IMG/VR virus record: IMGVR_UViG_3300043754_000046
Location: 73,981-109,317 of that record
Source: a virus
Reading direction: 5' to 3' (one strand)
DNA: 35,337 nucleotides
Shown: piece by piece, positions 8,996 to 17,866 of the stretch
Layout of the letters: every line of letters begins with the position of its first letter
Numbering within the stretch: position 1 is the first letter of the stretch
Position numbers and translations under genes: made by a program
The notes under the pieces: model-generated
What the model was told of the DNA's origin: nothing
Databases searched by the model: none
Seen by the model: the letters and a program-made list of their open reading frames with translations, nothing else

Positions 8996-9075
8996 TCTCT
9001 GTCGACACATTCGATGTCTCCCCCCAATGAGGATCGCCCGTTGCAGGGGCGACGCCGACAGAGATGCATTAGAGA

Positions 9076-9537
9076 TTACGCTGCTACCGATTCCGCCTTA
9101 TTCGACTTCTCCAGCTCAAGTGCGAAGTGGTACGCGTCGTCGGCGATCTCGTTGAACAGGTCGTCGTGCTTGTCCCGCGCCGTAAGCCGACGTGAATCCC
9201 GGGCGGCTTCCCAGTAGCGTCGGCCCGCTTCCTTGCGCATGAAGTGTTCCACTGCCGGACGCAAGGACCGCGAGGTGAAATAACCCAGGCGCAGCGAGGA
9301 GCTCCAGAAGCTCATCCACGCGTTCGCCATCAGCATCTGAGCCGCTTCTTTGGGGTCACACCCGGGGTACTCGATCTCGGGCAGGTACTGATGTTGTGCG
9401 GCAAAGGCGAGACGCTCCCAGTGCTGCTCGGAGAAGAACATGTGCTTGTGCTGCTTGTGATGACGTTCGCGCTGAACGTGATTCGCAACACCCAGTGCGA
9501 GACTGGCCAGACCGAGAACCAGAAGTCGGTTCTTCAC
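9076..9537 (-). CDS. DUF6082-like protein
   Basis: N-terminal hydrophobic segment, QHWERL..ANAWMSFW..RRYWE pattern of this actinobacterial family (recalled, not searched). Confidence 0.7.
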   Translation of the reverse strand: MKNRLLVLGLASLALGVANHVQRERHHKQHKHMFFSEQHWERLAFAAQHQYLPEIEYPGCDPKEAAQMLMANAWMSFWSSSLRLGYFTSRSLRPAVEHFMRKEAGRRYWEAARDSRRLTARDKHDDLFNEIADDAYHFALELEKSNKAESVAA

Positions 9538-9584
9538 TGAACCCCCTACCGAAGAAGTTTCGAGTTCCTTGCATTGTTGCTAGG

Positions 9585-9687
9585 TCCCCTCGCCCGGACT
9601 CGAACCGGAGGTCTCCCCTCGCCCGTAAAGGAATGCGCAAAACGGGCGTCTCGGACGGGGCGTTCTTCCTGACTGAACTACAAGGGG
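9585..9687 (-). tRNA. tRNA-like RNA with elongated anticodon arm
   Basis: CCCCTTG/CGAGGGG, GTTC-AGTCAGGAA-GAAC, CCCC/GGGG enclosing CGCCCGT/ACGGGCG hairpin, TCCGG-TTCGAGT-CCGGG, then ACC. Confidence 0.8.
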
Positions 9688-9710
9688 TCGGTATTCAGTT
9701 GTTTTTCGAG

Positions 9711-9830
9711 ACCCCTCGCCCGGAGTCGAACCGGGTCCTCCCCTGTATGGCCTATTGCGAGCAGGGAGATAGGATGAGTGCAGCCCATACAGGTTATTTG
9801 GTGTTCTACCGCGTGTGGAACTCCGAGGGG
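9711..9830 (-). tRNA. tRNA-like RNA with elongated anticodon arm
   Basis: CCCCTCG/CGAGGGG, GTTC..GCGGTA-GAAC, CCTGTATGG/CCATACAGG long arm, CCCGG-TTCGACT-CCGGG. Confidence 0.75.
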
Positions 9831-9901
9831 TGGAACCACGCTCTCTGCTGCGAAAAGGCCTGTGGTGGCATCACGGACCACCTGCAACAGAGAGCGCGGG
9901 T

Positions 9902-10114
9902 CTATCTCGCGGTCAAATCCGCGAAATCTTGCAAACGGTGCTGCTCGTACGCTTTTCGCTCGAACCGGTACAGGCAGTCAGCACAGGCAAAAATATCCAC
10001 ATCGCCATATCGCGTCCGACTGGAGCCGACCGGCAGAACCTGCACGCTGACTCTTTCGCACCACAGCCAGCACGTTCCTTCGCGCCAGCGCACTCTTACG
10101 GAGCCAGGCCCCAA
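9902..10114 (-). CDS. Small Cys-rich protein
   Basis: CWLWC..CADC, directly downstream of the HATPase gene. Confidence 0.6.
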   Translation of the reverse strand: MGPGSVRVRWREGTCWLWCERVSVQVLPVGSSRTRYGDVDIFACADCLYRFERKAYEQHRLQDFADLTAR

Positions 10115-10548
10115 CTTGAATCCTTGCCGTCGTCAGAATGTCTCAGCGGCAGCATCGCGTACACGATCTTTCCATTCCTCGAAGGAATCACGTCCCAGGA
10201 GGAAGCGAGTGCTTTCACCAGGACCATGCCACGCCCGCACTCAGCCCTCCAGTCGGGCAGAGCAGCAATCGGAACGCGGGGATCGCGGTCGGAGACGCCG
10301 ATGAACAGCTCTTCCTCCCCCGTCTCCTCGTTCCTCCGGATCTGCACCCACAGGGCGCCGTCCCCCGGAGTGTGGTTGCACATGTTGGTGAGCAACTCGC
10401 TGGCCACCAACCCCGCGTCATCCGCTTCGTAACCCCGCTCGGCGAGCTCGTTACGCACCAGGCGCCGCCATCCAGCCACGTCGCACGGTTTCAGCGCCCG
10501 GAGCTCCCAGCGCTCAGTTAAAGCCTTCACGATCGTGCCCGCGTGCAT
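10096..10548 (-). CDS. HATPase_c anti-sigma-like ATP-binding protein (AbaA-like)
   Basis: LVASELLTNMCNH, VSD, GRGMVLVKALASSW, GKIVYA; TTA at codon 10. Confidence 0.9.
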   Translation of the reverse strand: MHAGTIVKALTERWELRALKPCDVAGWRRLVRNELAERGYEADDAGLVASELLTNMCNHTPGDGALWVQIRRNEETGEEELFIGVSDRDPRVPIAALPDWRAECGRGMVLVKALASSWDVIPSRNGKIVYAMLPLRHSDDGKDSSWGLAP

Positions 10549-10758
10549 GACTCGCCTCCGAGGTCAAGCTGTGCTTTGAGCAAGAGAGTTGAGCTGACAT
10601 CAGCTACGAGGAGCTCGTTGCTGGCGCTGTAGCCATACTGCTCGCGAGAAAATTTTCTCGCAACTCCTCTCGCCACTTTTCCTTCGATCGGGGAGAGTTG
10701 GCATATGACAGCAACGAGGCGCCCGGTAGGCTGCCTGGTCAAAGGAGGTGGTGGCACG

Positions 10759-11652
10759 ATGGCTGACGCCCAACCCAACTACCACAGAAGGCGGTTGGGG
10801 CTCGCCCTCAAAGATCTGCGGCTCAGCGTTCCGCGCAGCGATCAAGAGAAGGCTGGCCTGACCAGCACCGAGGCCGCCAAGCGACTCGGCATGTCGGGCC
10901 CCTCCGTCATCAGCAAGATCGAATCTGGCAAGCAGCGAGTACCAACCAGCCAGCTCGACTCGTTCTTCAAGGCCTACGAGGTCGCCAGCGAGACCAAGAA
11001 GCGGGAGCTGCGCGATCTTGCCTCCCTGGCATCCTCCAGCAGACGAGCCAACGTGCTCAGGGAGTACCGAGGGCACGTATCTGACCCCTTTGCTGAGACT
11101 CTCTACCTCGAAGATCTCGCCCTGCGCTACGAGACGTACGCGCCGATCATCATCCCCGGTCTCCTTCAGACCGAGTCGTACGCACGAGCCGTCGTGGAGC
11201 GGAGCAGGCAGTGGCAGACGAGCCGCGAGGTGGCCAACTTCGTGGACCTCCGCCTGGCACGCCAGCAAGTCCTGCGACGCAAGGCGCCTCTCCAGCTATG
11301 GTGCATCCTCGATGAGGCAACGCTCCGGCGTGAAGTCGGGGGAAAGGAGGTCATGAAGGAGCAGCTCCAGCAGCTTCTGGAGATCACCAAGGAGCAGCGG
11401 AACATCGCCCTTCAGGTGCTACCGTTCAAACACGGAGCGCACGCTGCGGTTGACGGTGCGTTCCACATCCTGAGCTTCGCCGCCGGTCCTCCAGTTGTCG
11501 CAGTAGAGCCGATGACAACCACCCTCTACTTGGAGGACGATGGAGACATCGGACGCTACGAGACATCCTTCAACCACTTGAGGACCGAAGCGCTCGATAT
11601 CGAAGCATCCCGCAAGATCATCACTGACACGATCAAGGAACTTTACGCATGA
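10759..11652 (+). CDS. XRE HTH / DUF5753 regulator (WhiJ-like)
   Basis: RRRLGLALKDLR..ISKIESG; IPGLLQTESYARA; LDEATLRR; AAGGAGGT RBS. Confidence 0.92.
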   Translation: MADAQPNYHRRRLGLALKDLRLSVPRSDQEKAGLTSTEAAKRLGMSGPSVISKIESGKQRVPTSQLDSFFKAYEVASETKKRELRDLASLASSSRRANVLREYRGHVSDPFAETLYLEDLALRYETYAPIIIPGLLQTESYARAVVERSRQWQTSREVANFVDLRLARQQVLRRKAPLQLWCILDEATLRREVGGKEVMKEQLQQLLEITKEQRNIALQVLPFKHGAHAAVDGAFHILSFAAGPPVVAVEPMTTTLYLEDDGDIGRYETSFNHLRTEALDIEASRKIITDTIKELYA

Positions 11653-11852
11653 AGATCCAGGGTGACCTCCACTCCGCCGTGTTCATCAAGAGCACCTATT
11701 CCAACGGAGGCAACAACTGCATCGAGGTTGCCGCCGTCCCGGGGACCACTGCCTTCCGCGACTCGAAGGACGTCAGCCGTGGCTTCGTCCCCATGACCGA
11801 CAGCGCTTTCGACGCCTTCGTCCGGGGTGTGAAGGCCGGTTCTCTGCGCTGA
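11649..11852 (+). CDS. DUF397 protein (BldB-like)
   Basis: KSTYSNGGNNCIEVA..FRDSKD..AFVRGVK; ATGA overlap. Confidence 0.92.
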   Translation: MKIQGDLHSAVFIKSTYSNGGNNCIEVAAVPGTTAFRDSKDVSRGFVPMTDSAFDAFVRGVKAGSLR

Positions 11853-11865
11853 CCTCCCGAACGTG

Positions 11866-11894
11866 AAGAGGGGCCCCTCGGGGCCCCTCTTTTT
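11866..11894 (+). terminator. Intrinsic terminator between convergent genes
   Basis: AAGAGGGGCCCC/GGGGCCCCTCTT plus T-tract. Confidence 0.85.
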
Positions 11895-11906
11895 CGTGTT
11901 CGTTGC

Positions 11907-12470
11907 TCACCCGATGCGCCTGACTCCCACCAGGTACGGCTCGCCGCGACTGCTGGTGATGGGCACCTCCAGGCCGCCGACCTTGAGCATCGCGTACTCG
12001 TCTGTCCCGAGGACCGTGTAGCCCCGCCGTCGGTACCACCCAAGTGCCGGCTCATCGTCGGCCAGGATCTTCACGAGCAGCGCCTTGCAGCCACGCTGCC
12101 GCAGCGACTCCTCCCCGATCGCTAGCAGCGACTTGGCGTGTCCCTTTCCCCGGAGATCCTCGTCCACCGCGAGCAGATTGATCTCCGCAACCCTCTCGAC
12201 CAACCGCTGCTGCCACTGCTCCCCACGCTCCGCGTAGCTCTCCGTCAGGCGGACCGGCGGCGCTACATAGAGGAGTGCCCGGACTTCGCCGTCCACGTCC
12301 CCCACCATGGCGTAGGCACGCCCCCAGGGCACCTGGATGTTGCCACCCTGCTCGTCAATGGCGCGAGCCAGGTCACCGGTCGTCGGTCCAGTCGTCGGGC
12401 CCTGGAGAGCCATCTCCCCGAGGTGGGCAACGGCGTCCCCCTCACCCTTGCGGGCCAGACGGAACCTCAC
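11907..12470 (-). CDS. GNAT acetyltransferase
   Basis: LAVDEDLRGKGHAKSLL..ALGWYRRRGY; start GTG 12470 overlaps upstream TGA. Confidence 0.85.
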   Translation of the reverse strand: MRFRLARKGEGDAVAHLGEMALQGPTTGPTTGDLARAIDEQGGNIQVPWGRAYAMVGDVDGEVRALLYVAPPVRLTESYAERGEQWQQRLVERVAEINLLAVDEDLRGKGHAKSLLAIGEESLRQRGCKALLVKILADDEPALGWYRRRGYTVLGTDEYAMLKVGGLEVPITSSRGEPYLVGVRRIG

Positions 12471-12904
12471 TCCTCCCCCTTCGTGATGTCGATCGACGCC
12501 AGGTCCAACGCGACGGCAACTTGCTGGGCGAGCTGCTCCGTCTCCTGTTTGAGTCGCTCCATCGTCCAGCGGCGTCCCCAGGACATGCGGCTGGACATTT
12601 CCCGCATCTCGTTTACGAACTGCATCTCTCCTTCGGAGACATATTTGATGAGGTCGTCCGGCGCCCAATAGTCGCCCGCGTGGGCTGTATCGAAGCCAAC
12701 CCAACCATCGTCGTCGGGTCCGTATGTGACGCTGTAGTGGACAGTCAGTACTTGCTCGGCCGTCTCTGGGCTGAACAGCTCCGCAGGGATCTGTACGTAA
12801 CCATTGATCGAACCGAAGCCGGGACGCGCACGGCACCTCAGGCCGTATGCCTCCCACTCCTCAATGGTGCTGGCCCAGAATTCCTCAGCCTCGTCGTCAC
12901 TCAT
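12467..12904 (-). CDS. Conserved phage hypothetical protein
   Basis: NGYVQIP..VTY..WVGFDTAHAGD motif. Confidence 0.75.
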   Translation of the reverse strand: MSDDEAEEFWASTIEEWEAYGLRCRARPGFGSINGYVQIPAELFSPETAEQVLTVHYSVTYGPDDDGWVGFDTAHAGDYWAPDDLIKYVSEGEMQFVNEMREMSSRMSWGRRWTMERLKQETEQLAQQVAVALDLASIDITKGEE

Positions 12905-13148
12905 GACTGTCGCCCGTGATCTCCCGCAGGCCCGCATCAACATCGAGAAGACTCGCCAGGTCATCAGCCAGCTTTGCCTGTGCCCTGTCGAGGTCCTCGC
13001 AGGCGTGCATGTCGCACGAGGCGCAGTGATGGCCGTCCCGGACTATGCTCATGATCAGCTCGGTCGCGGCTTCCTCGGTGATGGTTCCCAGCCTGGCTTC
13101 TTTCACCGTCGCCAGGATTTCCAGGCCGAGTTCAGTCTCGTCATCCAT
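12897..13148 (-). CDS. Hypothetical protein
   Basis: Overlapping operon gene. Confidence 0.65.
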   Translation of the reverse strand: MDDETELGLEILATVKEARLGTITEEAATELIMSIVRDGHHCASCDMHACEDLDRAQAKLADDLASLLDVDAGLREITGDSHE

Positions 13149-13464
13149 TGCCGTATGCCTCCCACAACCGCTGAGCTTCCAGGGCCTCTTCCCGCAGCGT
13201 CTGCACCGGCTTTTCCTCGTGCCAGCCGGTACAGGTGCAGCGCCCCACCTGATGTCCAGGAGAACCTATGATCTGCCGCAGGAAGCACTCCCTGTGCTCG
13301 GGGAGCTCGCTAAGGCCTTCCGGCCCGGCATACGGAATGAGAACCCCGCTGTCGCCGGTGACCAGCGGCTCCTTGCACCAGGCGCATGGGGTACCAACCG
13401 GCGTCGGCGCACGATCTGCACCCTCGCACACCGGCGCGTCCCACAGTTCACCGAAGATCCTCAT
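13141..13464 (-). CDS. Cys/His-rich hypothetical protein
   Basis: GGGAGG RBS; CAWC, HREC, CTC. Confidence 0.7.
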   Translation of the reverse strand: MRIFGELWDAPVCEGADRAPTPVGTPCAWCKEPLVTGDSGVLIPYAGPEGLSELPEHRECFLRQIIGSPGHQVGRCTCTGWHEEKPVQTLREEALEAQRLWEAYGNG

Positions 13465-13472
13465 GTCCTCCC

Positions 13473-13586
13473 CTACTCTTCGTGGACGTGACAGATGCAG
13501 TCGCACAGATCCAGGTAAATGACATCGCCGTCGTCAGTGGTCTCTTGGTTGTAGTGCTCGCAGCACACTGGCACTTCAGGTGTCAC
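13473..13586 (-). CDS. 37-aa Cys/His-rich microprotein
   Basis: Own translation MTPEVPVCCEHYNQETTDDGDVIYLDLCDCICHVHEE; GTGA overlap, fills operon gap. Confidence 0.55.
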   Translation of the reverse strand: MTPEVPVCCEHYNQETTDDGDVIYLDLCDCICHVHEE

Positions 13587-14149
13587 GCCACGCTCCATCC
13601 GCCGCACCGCGCGCAGTCCACCTTGGCCTCGATTCCCTTGTCTGCTGCCCAGGAGACACAGTCATCCCTCTTGGACCGAGGGATCTCCTCAACGGACCAC
13701 CGTGAACCGTCGGCCAGCTCTTTCCCGTCCTCCGGCGCCATTGGGCACCAGGCCCGGTGGATACTCGCTGCCTTCAGGTACTCCGCACGCCAGCGGCGTG
13801 CGAAGACGTACACAGGGTCCGGCGCGGGACCGCCCGCCTTGGCCTCCACCACCTTCAGCGGATCCGGGTTGATCTGCAAGCGTTGGTCGGATTCGGGCTG
13901 GGAAACCTTCGGGTCGATGAGGTCGGCCAGACTCCCCGCGATGACTCGCCGAAGTACCGCTGGCGCTTCGTCGCCAGGCCACTCATTCTCGGCGTGGTCC
14001 CGCTGCTTTTCGGCGAGAGCGTGAGCGTAGGCCGACTCGAACTTCTTCATCGCCTCCAATACCTCGTCGCCACCGACAGGCATGTCCTGAGAGGCGATTC
14101 CGTAGAGCTCCTCTGCGGCGTCCTTGAGTGCCTCCTCTGCCTCGGTCAT
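13583..14149 (-). CDS. Hypothetical protein
   Basis: GGAGG RBS, ATGA overlap. Confidence 0.7.
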   Translation of the reverse strand: MTEAEEALKDAAEELYGIASQDMPVGGDEVLEAMKKFESAYAHALAEKQRDHAENEWPGDEAPAVLRRVIAGSLADLIDPKVSQPESDQRLQINPDPLKVVEAKAGGPAPDPVYVFARRWRAEYLKAASIHRAWCPMAPEDGKELADGSRWSVEEIPRSKRDDCVSWAADKGIEAKVDCARCGGWSVA

Positions 14150-14736
14150 GTCTCGTCCTCCACGGTCGCCAGCCAGCCAGCCGGAACGCTCTCGCTCCGC
14201 GCCCAGGACAGCACCTTCAGTTCCCACGCCAACGACATGCCCTCCGCCGCCCAGGCCTGCGCCTCCTGGACCTGGTCCTCCGCGAACTCATCGGTGACGT
14301 CCAGGAGCCGGTTCCCCTGGTGCAGTTGCCAGGCCCAGCCCTCGTCTTCTTCGTGGGCGTAGATGAGAGTCCAGTCGGTTCCGCCGTCGTTCTCTTCGCA
14401 GCCGTGATCACACTTGCCGGGATGGTCTGCAATGAGGAGGCATGTGGCCTCTCCCTCTCCAGTGGCTTTCCCGCAGAGCGGCGACACCTTGATCTCTCGG
14501 TGACCGTCGTCGTTCCAACGCAGGAACCAATCCACAGCGTCTGGGTCCGTGCCGTCGTACTGGCTCTGCACCGCGCGAGCATGCAGCACTTCGGGCCCAT
14601 GGGTCCCGAACTCACACGCGAACAGATCAGTGCCTGCCTCATTCTCGGCGTCGGGCAACGCGTTCATGCGCTCCGCCTCGGCGGCCGTCAGAGCCGCCTT
14701 TCCCGTACAGCCGGTTGTTGGATCCGTCAGCCCCAT
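14146..14736 (-). CDS. Acidic Cys/His hypothetical protein
   Basis: 196 aa operon ORF. Confidence 0.7.
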   Translation of the reverse strand: MGLTDPTTGCTGKAALTAAEAERMNALPDAENEAGTDLFACEFGTHGPEVLHARAVQSQYDGTDPDAVDWFLRWNDDGHREIKVSPLCGKATGEGEATCLLIADHPGKCDHGCEENDGGTDWTLIYAHEEDEGWAWQLHQGNRLLDVTDEFAEDQVQEAQAWAAEGMSLAWELKVLSWARSESVPAGWLATVEDET

Positions 14737-14981
14737 GCCTCTGCCTCCCAGACGTTCGCTTGCCCGTAACCCTGCCGCGTCACCTTGGCCGCGTCGTTCA
14801 GGAGCGTCTCCACCGTGTGCGGATCAAGGTCGGTGCGCTCCAGGTAGACGTCCCGCAGGGCCTCAAGGTCTCGCGCCACCTGCTCGCGTACTGAACGCTC
14901 AACGCCCTCGAAGTCCACACGCCACTGAGGTGGGGACGTCCTGTTCCGGAGGGAGTGGAGTACCTGCCTGGCGAAGCTCAC
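14727..14981 (-). CDS. Hypothetical protein
   Basis: GTG 14981 overlaps upstream TGA. Confidence 0.6.
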   Translation of the reverse strand: MSFARQVLHSLRNRTSPPQWRVDFEGVERSVREQVARDLEALRDVYLERTDLDPHTVETLLNDAAKVTRQGYGQANVWEAEAWG

Positions 14982-15400
14982 TGGTCTCCCTGGTCGTCGG
15001 CCGGATCCCACGTCGCCAGCGGATTGCGCTCCGTCGTCGCCCACACATGAGTAGGGCACGGGTCCGGCTCACCGCACTCGATGCACGTGCCGTCTGTCAT
15101 GCCTCCCGCACCGACATTCTTCGTGTGGGCTTCGGCGATCCGTGCCAGTCGGGCTCGCGCTTTCTTCAGCCCCTCGTCCTGGTGGGCCTCTCGGTCTGAC
15201 GCCCCGACGATGTAGTAGTCCATGGCGGCCTCGGGCAGGACGTAGATCTTCTTGCCGACCTGGAACTCCATGGTCCAAGCACCGTCGCCCTCGTTCCAGG
15301 TGATCGACCACCCCGGTTGGACGAAGGCCTCGGCCTCCCAGCGCGTCAGGACCGACTCGTACTCCTGGCGGGTCTGCTCCCGCTCCGCAGCCTCAGTCAT
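14978..15400 (-). CDS. Hypothetical protein, C-terminal CxxC-PCPT (start uncertain)
   Basis: CIECGEPDPCPT; first gene of leftward unit. Confidence 0.7.
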   Translation of the reverse strand: MTEAAEREQTRQEYESVLTRWEAEAFVQPGWSITWNEGDGAWTMEFQVGKKIYVLPEAAMDYYIVGASDREAHQDEGLKKARARLARIAEAHTKNVGAGGMTDGTCIECGEPDPCPTHVWATTERNPLATWDPADDQGDQ

Positions 15401-15849
15401 GCGCCGAGTATGCCGGTCCGCACCCCCGCCTGCACCTTTGTCCAACTCGTTTTGAATTTCCCGGTGTTACTGTCCGCTTTGCCCTAGAGGCTACCTACGT
15501 GGGCGATCAGGGGCGAATTGAATTCAAATTTCTTTTAAAGGTGGGGGGTCGGGTTTTGTCAAGCGGATTCGCAGATTTGCAGCACGTGACCTGCGCCACG
15601 CGCAAGCCGGACATCACGGGCACGGAGTGAGAGCTAACACCCGTTAGCGCTCAGCGCCGACAGGGGAAGCAAGGTGATCAGCCGCGCACACCTATGAGTG
15701 TGAGAGTGGCTGCAATGTCAAGCAAAGTGACGAGTCGTCAGTTACAGCGAGCGTTACATGATCACGCAGACCACTGCATTTGCGGGCTCGCGCCCTAGCG
15801 AATTGAGCAGTAAGCACCCGCTTAGTAATTGCACAATGAATCCACCATG

Positions 15850-15908
15850 TATTGCAGAACGGTAACGCTCAAATTGCAGCGGTATTACAACTATTGCAGA
15901 ACGGTAAC
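15850..15908. repeat. Iteron-like direct repeats
   Basis: TATTGCAGAACGGTAAC at 15850 and 15892 with a degenerate copy between (about 21-bp period). Confidence 0.65.
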
Positions 15909-16568
15909 AACGATTTAAATCACCTCAAACCAGACACAGGCCACCGCTCGCCAGCGAGCACGGGCCGACGGGGGCTCAGCCACTGGGGCTCACACTGCTC
16001 TCTCTATGACTGTCTCTACTGGGGGCAGTACGCACGCACCCTTGCCCCCGAAAAACGGCTACCGAGCCACCTGAGAGCCGCTCACACCCCTAGATGGACA
16101 GAGAGACTCACACGGCCCCCTGAGGGGCTCACAGGGGCACGCAGCCATGATCGCCAGTCGCCCCCGGAATCTCGCGCCGGACACGGCCGCAGCACCTCTC
16201 ATTACATGTCAGGACAAACGCTGTGACCTGCGTAAACATCGTTAGCTGACACACCATCACATACATGTCACGTCAAACTCGCCGACCTGCACTGATTCAT
16301 GGTTTGTCCTATTTCACAAACGTTATCGCACGTTATCGCCAGAGAGTCATGACATAGCCGGGCAACTCGCCAGTAGCGATCTACAGCACACATCACGAAA
16401 ATATAACGACTGTTCTTGCAGGTCACATGGCCCGTTTGGGGCTGAAGAGAAGATCAACCACCAGTCTCGACGCATTCACACACGTGTGGGGGCGTAGCGT
16501 CTTCCTTGCAACACCGCACGGCGCAGCAACACCCCAGCACCACCGGGGAGGCGCCGGAGCAACGCAGA

Positions 16569-16584
16569 TTGAGAACTCAACAGC
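16569..16584 (+). promoter_or_regulatory. rrn-leader boxA-like motif
   Basis: TTGAGAACTCAACAGC resembles the actinobacterial rRNA leader motif as recalled. Confidence 0.55.
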
Positions 16585-16599
16585 AGAGACGATCACCAC

Positions 16600-17275
16600 G
16601 CGCGACAGGCGCGGGTGTGTGCCCCTTATGGGGGCGCGCGTTGGTCATGGTCATGCGTCGCGCGGATTTCTCGCGCAGAGCGTCAGCACGTAGGGCGCGG
16701 AGTATGACGACGACTGGCAAGCACCTGTGTAGGCCGCGTAATCGGTTGTCTCTGCTGTAGCACGCGAGGGAGTAGCGCTCCCTCAACCTGCCCGCGCATT
16801 CGTGCACGGGTAGTTGATCACAAAGCGCTCGCGCCCATCGGTACCTGACACGGCCGATGGATTCAGTCAACCGGGACCACGCTGTGAAGCGTCGAGACTG
16901 CCCTACATAGAGAGTCAGAAGGTGCACGCGTAAGCCGTTGCCATAGAAGACGGACGCGCGTGACCTAGGGCCCTTACAGGGATGCCTAGAAGAGTTGAGG
17001 GATTGCTGTCCCTCCCCCCGCGAAATTCGATGTGGGCGGACCTACCGGCGAACGGGCGTATTGATCATGACCCTAAGCCTGATAGATCATCCCAACCCAC
17101 GGACAATCCCCCGGGCAGGAATGTGAAGCGGACAGCATGAGATCAACTATTCCCCTATTCCCCTTAGGCACACGGGAACGGGGCGGACAGTACCTAGGCG
17201 GGTTTACCCGTCGACAGTCATTCGCCCCGCTCCCGTGCTGCCACCAGTCATCAGGGCTTTCCCCTGGTGGCCGTT
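16600..17275 (+). ncRNA. Putative large structured RNA / leader
   Basis: About 10 hairpins, long-range GTAGGGC/GCCCTAC pairing, no convincing CDS. Confidence 0.45.
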
Positions 17276-17299
17276 GGTAGTCACTACAGGGGAGGAATC

Positions 17300-17866
17300 A
17301 TGGGAAAGCGATACCGCGCAGCAACGGCACCGACTCCCCTTAAAGGAACGAGCGCCGGTGTGCCGATGGGTAAAGCCACTCACACCGTTCGGGTCATGCA
17401 TCGCGAGTGTGTGACGCGTACGGCGCGCGATCACTGGAAGCTGCGGAAGCTTGCCTACGCCGTAGTGGAGTACCGGGGTACGCGTCCCGCGCGTGTCCTA
17501 TTCGCTACGGATGACGAGCGGTTCGCTCATACTTCCGCGTATCGCATGGCCAATGACTTTGACCGTAAGGGTGATCCTGCGAGCGTGCGCGAATTGCACA
17601 CGTGCCGCAAAGTCAAGGTTGTTGCGCCGAAAGCACGGCACGAACTGACTCAACAGGACTTGCACGTTGCCGACATTGACAACATGCGGGAATGCCGCGC
17701 ATGCAGTAGCCGTGACAAGTCTCGGCTGTGCAAGCCCAATCGTGCCGGAAAGACGGAACGCATGCGCGCACAGACGTCGCATCTTGCGCTTGTCTCGGCC
17801 AACAGGAGCGATGACACACCATCGGATCCCAACATCATCACGCGTTGGGCGAAAGATGACGAGTAG
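17300..17866 (+). CDS. Basic hypothetical protein, first gene of array
   Basis: AGGGGAGG RBS before ATG 17300. Confidence 0.7.
   Translation: MGKRYRAATAPTPLKGTSAGVPMGKATHTVRVMHRECVTRTARDHWKLRKLAYAVVEYRGTRPARVLFATDDERFAHTSAYRMANDFDRKGDPASVRELHTCRKVKVVAPKARHELTQQDLHVADIDNMRECRACSSRDKSRLCKPNRAGKTERMRAQTSHLALVSANRSDDTPSDPNIITRWAKDDE

Noticed and set aside
8817-9830. Intron-containing tRNAs
   Set aside because: Inserts are far too short for group I introns, and for the 8817-8915 copy no excision restored a canonical U33-anticodon loop.
12471-12857. N-terminal extension of the GNAT ORF in the track
   Set aside because: Overlaps the better-supported gene 12467..12904; GTG 12470 with GGAGGA RBS is the likelier start.
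15852-16927. ORFs in the central non-coding region
   Set aside because: No clear RBS, atypical composition, and overlap with repeats and hairpins.
16600-17295. Phage-encoded RNase P RNA or group I intron
   Set aside because: Did not find the GAGGAAAGUCC/CR-V or convincing P7 signature sequences.
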